35,468 bases of DNA, taken from contig JBNGIO010006236.1 in NCBI GenBank assembly GCA_049999805.1, forward strand, positions 168,164 through 203,631. The letters run 5' to 3'. The notes under the pieces are model-generated. The model saw only the letters and a program-made list of their open reading frames with translations. It was not told the DNA's origin and made no database searches. The stretch comes from Folioceros fuciformis (Eukaryota). This document shows, one piece after another, positions 21,291-30,700 of the stretch. The number at the start of each line of letters is the position of its first letter. The first letter of the stretch is position 1. The position numbers and the translations under genes were made by a program.

Positions 21291-22143
21291 GCCGCATGGT
21301 CACACCCATGTATTATTTCCCTCATTGTCTTCATCTCCTTCACTCCATGCATCACTGTCATTCCCATCTTCTTCCAACTTGTTATATAGTTGAAAAAGTA
21401 TAAATAGTTGATAATGAGGATGATTCCCTTTTTATGTTGAATGTCGTTTTGGAGGTGTTCAGTAGAATAATGCAATGAGAGGAGAGGGTAAGTGCCAACC
21501 AGTGCCCACTCTTTGGATTACCATGATGTCGAGGACCATAGCCATCCAAGAAAGAGTCGAGACCAGTCACATGCAAAGGTGGTAATTGGAGGACAGAGCC
21601 GGGTGCAAGGCAAAAGAAATACTATTATAAAAAATTATAAGAGATGGTAGAACTTTATTTTTTGCACAGCTTAGATTAAATTCAAGTCATAATGGATGAG
21701 GGGAGGCTGGATGAATCTACTTGGGAAGAAGACCCTTGACAAGCATGAAACAAAATGAAGGAGACTATACTAGTTAAGCTGGAGAATTTTGGGTCCGCCA
21801 TCGCACATTACTCTACATGCTCGGATTCAGGGAAGACAAATTATCTATGGAGATCGTATCCAAGGGTAGAGTAGAGGAGGGTGTATTGCCATTGGTGCGT
21901 GCGAGTGGGGGCAACATGTGTGCAGTAGGACAATCTTATTAAGGTGTGAGAACTACGATATTCACATGTTTAAAAGTCTACTGGTTTGCGTTAACTGCAT
22001 TCAGGTTTAGGCTGGTCGCAGGCAGCTGGTATGGTGTGTCATATACAGTCCCTGGGCAGCCTGCCAGATTCATGGCTGTATGACTATGTGGTCGACATAT
22101 GTAGTCTGATGTTAGACTCTTTCTCCGACAGCAGTGCCTAACC

Positions 22144-25100
22144 ATGGCTGCTGTATTGCAACCGGACCCGTCGAGGACCCAACAAATGGGTGGGTGTGCA
22201 GCGATTCTAGTAGGAGCTCCCGCTCACCTCACTGTAGGGAATCAAGCCCTGGGAAACGAAGCCTCCAGGTGCAGCACTGGTAGGAGCCAAGTATTGCCAC
22301 TTCCGATAGAATGTGTGGGTGGGGTTGGGATTTCCGACGATGGTCGTTGTCAGGAGCAGGAACACTCGTGGCAGCAACTTTTTCTGGATTCTACCATGCG
22401 GCGGGACAACAGACGAGATAAAAAGAGCTCGCTTTGTCCTCACTTCCGGCGTAAAGGGTCCAGAGAGGTCTTGAGCGGAAACAAGTGGAAGCCAGCTTGG
22501 GGTGATGAGCAGCACATTTGCTTTGACATGGAGATGGGTCATGGTGCCTCTCATTCCAAGTCGACACCGTGGGATCAGTGCCAACCTGGCAGGTGTGAAG
22601 GATCGGAAATTGACGTGATGGCTCGAACAGTGAGTATGCTGTGTCAGCAGGGGAAGCTTCCTGAGGCCGTTGGAGCCCTGGAATCTTTGGCGCAGACAGA
22701 CTCTGCCATTTCACACTCTCTGTTTTACGCTGTGCTGAAACTGTGTACAACGAAGAAGGATTTCGTTGTGGGGCGACGGGTTCATGATCTCACTGTCAAA
22801 CTTGGGTACGATTTAAATGCATACTTGGGGAACCATATCTTGCGCATGTATGCATGTGGAGGTAGGTTAGAGGAGGCCATGGATGTGTTCACGAGAGTGC
22901 GCAAACCGAATACCTTCATGTGGTTTTCCATAATTTCTGCACATGTTAAGCACGGGAGATCTAATGAGGCCATACAACTCTACCGCGAGATGCGTAGGTC
23001 AGGAGTCAAGGCGGATGCTCACGTGTTTGCAGCTGCCCTTCAAGCTTGTGCATTTGCTGCCGACTTGGTATCTGGCAGAAGACTGCACTGTGATGTGTTG
23101 CACAGTGGCATCCCTCTTAACTTATTTGTTGGCACATGCCTGGTGGACATGTATGCGAAATGTGGGGAGCTGGAAGATGCACGCAGGGTGTTTGACAGCT
23201 TGGTCTCAAAAAATGTGGTAACGTGGACGGCCCTGCTTGCTGGGTACTCAAATCATGGGTTTGGCCATGACGCTCTTGTTCTGTATGGACAAATGGAGCT
23301 GGAGGGCCTTACTGTGGCTGATCATGTGACGTTTTCTTGCCTTCTAAAGGCCTGTGCAAGCGCTGGAGCCTTACAGAAGGGCAGGCAGGTTCACGCACAG
23401 ATTGTGAAAAGGGGGCAGCTGCATGACATAGTGCTGGGAAACTGCCTGGTGGACATGTATGCAAAATGCGGTGAACTGAAAGATGCACATCAGGTCTTTG
23501 ACAGCTTGGCTACGAAGGACGTGGTGACATGGACGGTGTTGATTGCTGGTTATGTCCAGCAAGGGCTAGGACATGAGGCGCTTGTGTTGTATGGACAAAT
23601 GGAGCAGGAGGGGTTGATTTTGGCTAACCATGTTACTTTTGCTGCCCTTCTGATGGCGTGTGCAACCAGTGGTGCTTTACAGAAGGGCAGGCAGCTGCAC
23701 TCAAAGATTGTTGAAAGACGACTGCTGGATGACATTGTGGTGGCCACGTGCCTGGTGGACATGTATGTAAAATGTGGTGCACTGGAAGATGCACGCCAGG
23801 TTTTTGACTGTTTGACCACGAAGAATGCAGTGACATGGACGGCGCTGATTGGTGGGTATGCACAGCAAGGACTCGGCCAAGAAGCCCTTACTGTGTATGA
23901 ACAAATGGAGGAGGAGGGCCTCATTTTGGCTGATGATATTACATTTGCTTGCCTTCTAAAGGCCTGTGCAAGCACTGGTGCCTTACAGAAAGGCAGACAG
24001 CTGCACTCGCAGATTTTTGAACGAAGTCTGTTGGATAATACAGTGGTGGGCAACTGCCTGGTGGACATGTATGCAAAATGTGGTGAACTGGAAGATGCAC
24101 GCCGAGTTTTTGACAGCTTGGCCTCAAAGAATGTGGTGACATGGAATGCCCTGATTACTGGGTATGCACAGCAAGGATTTGGCCAGGAGGCCCTCGTTGT
24201 ATACGGACAAATGGAGAAGGTGGGCCTCATTTTGGCTGACAAAGTTACATTTGCTTGCCTTCTGAAGGCCTGTGCAAGCACCGGTGCCTTGCAAAAGGGC
24301 AGGCAGCTGCACTCGCAGATCGTGGAAAGAGAACTGTTGGATCAGGACGTGTTGTGCACCTGCCTGGTGGACATGTATGCAAAGTGTGGTGAACTGGAAG
24401 ATGCACGTCAAGTTTTTGACAGCTTGGCCACAAAGAACGTGGTGACATGGAATGCCCTGATTGCCGGGTATGCACAGCAGGGACTCAGCCAAGAGGCGCT
24501 GGTTGTGTATGGACAAATGGAGGAGGAGGGCCTTATTTTGGCTGACAATGTTACCTTTGCTTCCCTTCTGAAGGCCTGTGGAAGCACTGGTGCCTTACAA
24601 AAGGGCAGGCAGCTGCACTCACTAATTGTCGAAAGAGGACTGCTGGATGACGTAGTGGTGGGCACTTGCCTGGTGGACATGTATGCGAAATGTGGTGAAC
24701 TGGAAGACGCACGCCAGGTTTTTGATAGCTTGGCGTCGAAGAATGTCGTGACGTGGAATGCCATGATATCTGGGTATGCAAAGCAAGGACTTGGCCAAGA
24801 GGCACTTGGTTTGTATGGACAAATGGAGGAGGTGGGCCTCATTGAGGCTGACGAAGTTACTCTGGCTTGCCTTGTGAAGGCCTGTGCCAGCACCGGTGCC
24901 TTACAGAAGGGCAGGCAGCTGCACTCGCAGATTGTGGAAACAGGACTGTGGGATCACGAAGTGTTGTGCACCTGCCTGGTGGACATGTATGCAAAATGTG
25001 GTGAACTCAAAGATGCACGTCACGTCTTCGACAGCATGAACACGAAGAACGTAGTGACGTGGACCGCTTTGATATCTGGGTACGGTACTTGTGATGAAGG

Positions 25101-25965
25101 TCACAAGGCACTAGCTTGTTTTGAGGAGATGTTAGCTGCCGGTATTCAGCCCAACGACGCAACCTTTACTTGCCTTTTAGTGGCATGCAGTCATGAGGGA
25201 CTGGTGCACGAGGGTCGCAAGGTCTTAGATTCCATGGCTGAAAAGTATGGCATCAACCCCACGCGCGCGCACTACAACTGCATGATTGATCTTCTTGGGC
25301 GTGCGGGCCATTTGGATGAGGCACAAGAGATGCTACTATCACGCGAGGGCCGAAGTGATGTTGTGGGTTTGACGTCGTTGTTGAACGCCAGCAAAAGTCA
25401 CGGGGATATAGGGAGAGCGATGTGGTGTTTTGAAAACATTGTCAGGCTGGATCCCAAGCATGCGCCAGCTTATGTCCTCATGGCCAATGCCTGTGCGGAT
25501 GCAGGTAGGTGGACCGATGTAGACAGGATTGAAACAGAGAGAAGGGCAGCAGGGGCTAACAAGAAATCAGCAGTGGCGACCATTGAGGTGAACCAGCAGG
25601 TCCATAAATTTCAGGTAGGAGCAACGAGAGAGGATATTGCGCTTAAGGTAGAGAGCACGAATGCACGTGTGAAGCAGGAAGGAGGCCACGTACCTCACAC
25701 GAACTTGGTGTTGAAGGCAGTGAGTGAGAAGGAAAAGGAGGATGCGCTTTGTGGGCATGCTGAGAAGTTAGCGCTTGCGTTTGGTCTCTTGAAGACTCCG
25801 GGTGGGACACCTCTGGTGGTAACGAAGAATCTACGCATGTGCAGTGATTGCCACAGTTCCACGGAGATCATGTCAAGGCTTGAAGGAAGAGACATTGTTG
25901 TAAGGGATGGGTATCGCGTGCATCGCTTCGTAGGTGGCTCTTGCAGTTGCAAAGGGCGATCGTAA
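22144..25965 (+). CDS. PLS-class PPR protein with E1-E2 and variant DYW:KP (GRP-type) domain; candidate U-to-C organellar RNA editing factor
   Basis: Single 1273-aa ORF with 9 PLS triplets, E1 and E2. KKSAVATIEV replaces the PG box. Zinc motifs HAEKLA (25756) and CSDC (25840). Ends HRFVGGSCSCKGRS* rather than ...DYW*. Confidence 0.92.
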   Translation: MAAVLQPDPSRTQQMGGCAAILVGAPAHLTVGNQALGNEASRCSTGRSQVLPLPIECVGGVGISDDGRCQEQEHSWQQLFLDSTMRRDNRRDKKSSLCPHFRRKGSREVLSGNKWKPAWGDEQHICFDMEMGHGASHSKSTPWDQCQPGRCEGSEIDVMARTVSMLCQQGKLPEAVGALESLAQTDSAISHSLFYAVLKLCTTKKDFVVGRRVHDLTVKLGYDLNAYLGNHILRMYACGGRLEEAMDVFTRVRKPNTFMWFSIISAHVKHGRSNEAIQLYREMRRSGVKADAHVFAAALQACAFAADLVSGRRLHCDVLHSGIPLNLFVGTCLVDMYAKCGELEDARRVFDSLVSKNVVTWTALLAGYSNHGFGHDALVLYGQMELEGLTVADHVTFSCLLKACASAGALQKGRQVHAQIVKRGQLHDIVLGNCLVDMYAKCGELKDAHQVFDSLATKDVVTWTVLIAGYVQQGLGHEALVLYGQMEQEGLILANHVTFAALLMACATSGALQKGRQLHSKIVERRLLDDIVVATCLVDMYVKCGALEDARQVFDCLTTKNAVTWTALIGGYAQQGLGQEALTVYEQMEEEGLILADDITFACLLKACASTGALQKGRQLHSQIFERSLLDNTVVGNCLVDMYAKCGELEDARRVFDSLASKNVVTWNALITGYAQQGFGQEALVVYGQMEKVGLILADKVTFACLLKACASTGALQKGRQLHSQIVERELLDQDVLCTCLVDMYAKCGELEDARQVFDSLATKNVVTWNALIAGYAQQGLSQEALVVYGQMEEEGLILADNVTFASLLKACGSTGALQKGRQLHSLIVERGLLDDVVVGTCLVDMYAKCGELEDARQVFDSLASKNVVTWNAMISGYAKQGLGQEALGLYGQMEEVGLIEADEVTLACLVKACASTGALQKGRQLHSQIVETGLWDHEVLCTCLVDMYAKCGELKDARHVFDSMNTKNVVTWTALISGYGTCDEGHKALACFEEMLAAGIQPNDATFTCLLVACSHEGLVHEGRKVLDSMAEKYGINPTRAHYNCMIDLLGRAGHLDEAQEMLLSREGRSDVVGLTSLLNASKSHGDIGRAMWCFENIVRLDPKHAPAYVLMANACADAGRWTDVDRIETERRAAGANKKSAVATIEVNQQVHKFQVGATREDIALKVESTNARVKQEGGHVPHTNLVLKAVSEKEKEDALCGHAEKLALAFGLLKTPGGTPLVVTKNLRMCSDCHSSTEIMSRLEGRDIVVRDGYRVHRFVGGSCSCKGRS
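23125..25050 (+). repeat. Coding tandem array of 306-bp (102-aa) S-P-L units, about 6.3 copies
   Basis: Anchor TGCCTGGTGGACATGTATG recurs at 23137, 23443, 23749, 24055, 24361, 24667 and 24973, an exact 306 period. Confidence 0.97.
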
Positions 25966-26894
25966 GGATCATGAAGGAGGAGGCAGTGTCATCTGACTGG
26001 GTCGTGAAGTTGGTCGAGCCCGATAGCGAGGCACAGGCAGCTGTAGGAGATTAGGGGTTGGAGGTGCAGGCCAGGAATTTGGCTGACATGTTCTGGAATC
26101 GGCGCTGCCATTGCTGGATTGAACTTGTAGCTGTGGCAGGCAGTGTCCCAGGCGGGTGCCGCGCTGTGAACATCCCAAGTATGTATTTCCCTTCGTGTTG
26201 CAGGGCCACATCGGCGGTGTCCATCCCTACCATTCCGGTGTGTTTCGGCCTCTCCTCTCGTTTCTCCTCCTCACAGTTGCTGTGGAAGCTCCTTCTGTCT
26301 CCTTTCTCACTCCTGGCAGTCAGTGTTGACATGATGCTCGATCAATTGCAGGACGGAAGCTCTGATTAGTTGAAGGCCTGCGGTGTGATCGAGCTGCGGA
26401 AGCACTAACCCGCCTGATCACACGCAAGGCTCTCCGCAACCAAGTTTCTCCTACTTCTCGCCAACATCTGTTGGATGGCGCTTAGGTTGGCGGATTAGCT
26501 GTCCACATTTGTCTGGTGGCTGTGTGTGCAAAATCGTGGCGAAAGGAAAGATGCTGGATATTTGTGTGCCTGGCCACAACAAGTGGTAACATGCACCACC
26601 ACTCTTGTACATCATACACAATCATGCACATCACATCAGGTAAATGAGTTGGTCTTCTCCTTCAGCTCCGTGCCATAGGTTGTCGTCCTACGAAAGGAGT
26701 TTGATTGCAGCTGATGCTAGACACACTGCCTGATTCAGATCTGCCATGCATTCACTGAGGAGAAGGCGGTAGCAGCAGAATAGACAAAGCTTGGATCGTT
26801 GTGAGGCACGAAGTGAGACAAACCGTGCTCGTATGGACTCTCAGGCTGGGAGGGGTTCGTGATGAGGAGCAGTGGAGTAGATGGCCGTCTGAGG

Positions 26895-27270
26895 AGGTGC
26901 ATTCGCAAGGCGAGCTCATAGGCAGAGGAAATGGCGCCATTTAAGACGTAAGCACGGGCCACAGCAGCTCCAAGGCCTCGAAATAGGTTCGAGTGTCCTT
27001 CCTCCATGATACTCTTTCTCAAGCAGTCAGCAGAGACAGCATATCTCGGGTTAGTCTGGGGCTGGGCTTGTAGCCTGGACTCCACGACATCTAGAGGGTA
27101 ACAGCTCATCACTCCCGCGATTCCGGCACCTGGAAGGAGCCTTGCAGAGCTGTGATGGTGTGTCCGTAGCTTCCCTGATTCTTTGCCCTAATCTGTCCAG
27201 GGCTACGCTCATTTGCCCAAAGAGCCATCAAGGGCACCACTTTCTACTAGGTCTCGACGAAGAATTTAAT
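26895..27270 (-). pseudogene. Decayed fragment of a mitochondrial basic amino acid carrier (BAC2-like, SLC25)
   Basis: GAGIAGVMSCYPLDVVESRLQAQ...DCLRKSIMEEG...LFRGLGAAVARAYVLNGAISSAYELALR matches the third carrier repeat of BAC2-type proteins. Upstream only the broken remnant GHTITALQ survives. The carrier signature PxDxxKxR has K->E. Confidence 0.75.
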
Positions 27271-27774
27271 TCGGTGACGGGGACTCTTGGCGCCGTCCAG
27301 GCTTCTTGGAAAGAGCTGTCGCGAATTTAGCTGTTCCGTACGTCATAGAGAGTTTCCCGGATATCTCCGTTGTTTGCGGATTAAGCGCCTGCCCGTCTCG
27401 GGTCTGTTTTGGCCAAACTTTTCCTTTAATCCGTCTGCTTTTATCACGGAAAAAATGTCACCTAAGTGGATGTCGGCCGCGAAGGTCACTTCGTACATGC
27501 ATACCTACTGAGTAGGCCAATCACCAATGTATAAACTTTCAGGGGTGTAATTTACATGGAGTACACATACGTATGAAGCGATCAGCGTGGAACGTAGGGC
27601 GGGGCGACTCGCGAGTCTCAGATCGAAGGAGGATGGTCATGTCGTCTACGCAATTCTCGTGACGTGATGGCTGATTGAGAGCCAGACGCCCTTGGCGGAG
27701 CTCGGCAATGCAATTCAGAGTCATGTAAATCACGTTGGTGAAGGTCAGATCTGGGAAGCAGGGGCCGATCGGAC

Positions 27775-30700
27775 ATGGCAGCAGACCAGTTCGCTGTGGT
27801 GGCCGGCAACGTGCGGCTGGGCCGCGTGCTGGCACCGGCCTTGGACAAGGTGATCAAGAATACGTCGTGGAGAAAGCATGGCAAGCTGGTGCAAGATTGT
27901 AAGCTGGTGCTTGACCGACTAGCATCGTCGGAGGATGCAGCGGCTCCTGCTACACCTCCGGCTACTCCTGCCACTGAGAAGCCAGTGCAGCAGCAAAACG
28001 GGGACTCTGGCGTCCACGCCCCTGCTGCGGCTGTTGACAGTCCTCTCTTCGATGGCAACCTCCCTTTTAGTCCAGCCGACGCGGAGATGATTTTGCAGCC
28101 CTTGTTTTCGGCCTGCGACACCTTGTCTATCAAGGTGGCAGAGCCGGCTTTGGATTGTTTCCAGAAGTTGATAGCTCATGGGCATCTGCGGGGGGAGATG
28201 GATGCTGGAGAGGGTGTGGAAAGCAAGCTCCTTTTGCAGGCGATGGATTCTGTGTGCAGATGTTATGATCTGGGGGATGAGAACGTCGAGCTCCTCGTCC
28301 TCAAGACTTTGCTCTCAGCAGTGACATCCACGTCGTTACGGGTGCACGGGGACTCCCTCCTTAAGGCTGTGAGGACTTGTTACAACATCTATCTGGGCAG
28401 CAAAGTGCCGGTCAATCAAACAACTGCCAAGGCCTCTCTGACGCAAATGCTGGTGATTGTCTTCAGGAGGATGGAAGCCGACTCCTCGACCATACCGGTC
28501 CATCCAATTGTAGTGGCTGATCTGATGGAACCTGCAGAGAGGTCGAATTCCGACACCAATGTTGTGCAGTTTGTCCAAGGTTTCATCACGAAAGTGGTGC
28601 AGGACATTGAAGTGGTTCTTAGCCCGTCCCCGTCACTCAGATCTCAGAGGCATGATGGAGCCTTTGATGTGAAAGCAAGCGATGGCACCAATCCCACTGA
28701 CATATTGGAGTCCACCGACAGAGATATGTTGGATGCAAAGTATTGGGAAATCAATATGTTCAAGAAGGCTGTAGAGGACAGGAAAGGCGAGCTTGTGGAA
28801 GGGGATGGAGATAAGGATGGGGATCTGGAAGTTTTGATCACTAACAAACTTCGGAGAGATGCTTTTCTTGTCTTTCGAGCTCTCTGCAAGTTGTCTATGA
28901 AGAACCCTCCTCAGGAAGGTGCCACTGACCAATTCTCCATGCGTGGGAAAATCATAGCTTTGGAGCTGCTGAAAATATTGTTGGAGAATGCTGGAGCTGT
29001 GTTCCGCACCAGTGAGAGGTGAGGCAGGAGTCCTGTATTCGTGCATGCAAATGGAAACTGACAACAGCTCATGCTCTCTCTCGTGCATTTGCTGCTGTGT
29101 CTGATGGTCTGTCAGTCTTGCAGGTTCTTGGGAGCTATCAAGCAGTATCTGTGCCTGTCGCTTCTAAAGAACAGTGCATCATCATTGATGAACATCTATC
29201 AGCTCTCTTGTTCAATCTTCATGAGTCTGGTATCCAGATTCAGGGCCGGTCTTAAAGCTGAAATAGGAGTCTTCTTCCCCATGATAGTTTTGCGAGTGTT
29301 GGAGAATGTGGGGCATCCGAACTATCACCAGAAAATGATTGTCCTTCGCTTCTTGGAGAAGCTCTCTGTGGATCCACAGATTCTGGTAGATATATTTGTC
29401 AACTATGACTGCGATGTTGACTCCTCCAACGTCTTTGAAAGGTAAATCTATGAGTTTCATTGCCTTCACTTCAGATCAAGAAGACGTTTGAAAAATGTTC
29501 ATGAATTGGTCCATTTTATGTGCAGATTGGTCAATGGGCTTCTGAAAACTGCCCAAGGGGTTCCTCCAGGTGCAGAGACAACTTTGTCACCACTCCAAGA
29601 TTCGTTTTTGAAGCTTTCTGCCATGAAATGTTTGGTGGGGGTTCTGCGATCGATGGGGGACTGGATGAACCGCCAGTTACGACTGTCAGATTCTCCATAC
29701 CTTAAGGCCCCAGATTCTGAGGACACCACCGCTGTGGAATCTTTGCCATCAGTTTTGACAACTGTGCAGGAAGGTGGGGAGGAAAGCGGTGAGAGTACTG
29801 AGAATGGGGGTGAAACATCGGAAGCTGCAACTTTCGAACAAAGGCGTGCCTACAAGTTGGAGTTTCAGGCAAGCAGAAATTGTGGTTAGATCATTTGTCT
29901 TTGCATTAGCTTAGATGATTGTGGAACACTAAGTGAGGTGTGCCTCTGTACAGGAAGGCATATCACTCTTCAACCGCAAGCCTCGAAAGGGGATTGAATT
30001 TCTTATGAAGGCTAATAAGCTGGGGGGAACTCCTGAGGAGATTGCTAACTTCCTGAAAACTGCCTCTGGTCTGGACAAGAACATGATTGGCGATTATCTT
30101 GGGGAAAAAGAGGATTTGTCTCTGAAGGTGATGCATGCGTATGTTGACTCGTTTGATTTCCAAAGTATGGAGTTTGATGAGGCAATACGAGCATTCCTAT
30201 TGGGATTTCGGCTTCCGGGAGAGGCTCAGAAAATTGATCGTATAATGGAGAAATTTGCAGAGCGCTTTTGCAAGTGCAACCCTAAATTCTTCACAAGTGC
30301 TGACACGGCTTATGTCCTTGCCTACTCCGTTATAATGCTTAACACGGATGCCCATAATCACATGGTGAAGAATAAGGTGAGTTTCTTGTTCTGAGTCGTT
30401 AGTGTATTGCAGCCAGTGAAGCTTGAATCAGAGCCTGAATGTCATCCTGCGCAGATGTCCAAAGCAGAGTTCATAAGAAACAATCGAGGGATTGATGACG
30501 GGAATGACTTACCAGAAGAGTTTATGGGCGCTCTGTATGATCGTATTGTCTCAAATGAGATAAAAATGAAGTCAGACACACCCTTCGTACCAGAGAAGCA
30601 GCCTACTAATTTGAACAGGATATTAGGTCTTGACAGCATACTAGGTCTTGTCATGCGGAAGCCAAGGGAGGAAAAGGTTCTCGAGACAAGTGATGATGTT

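Noticed and set aside
23125-25050. Regular repeats as a CRISPR array or non-coding satellite
   Set aside because: Units are 306 bp, in frame, and translate to PPR motifs; no unique spacers; eukaryotic context.
23371-25104. Repeating antisense ORFs over the PPR array
   Set aside because: Shadows of the sense repeat with no independent protein features.
25969-26700. Short ORFs downstream of the PPR-KP gene
   Set aside because: Coding-like composition but no family I can recognise; could be further debris and needs BLASTX.
710-27270. Functional cluster of organelle-related genes (GSH2, two editing PPRs, GUN1, RPL29, carrier relic)
   Set aside because: PPR genes are very numerous in such genomes and unrelated genes (PTPA, CAT) are interspersed; chance adjacency is sufficient.
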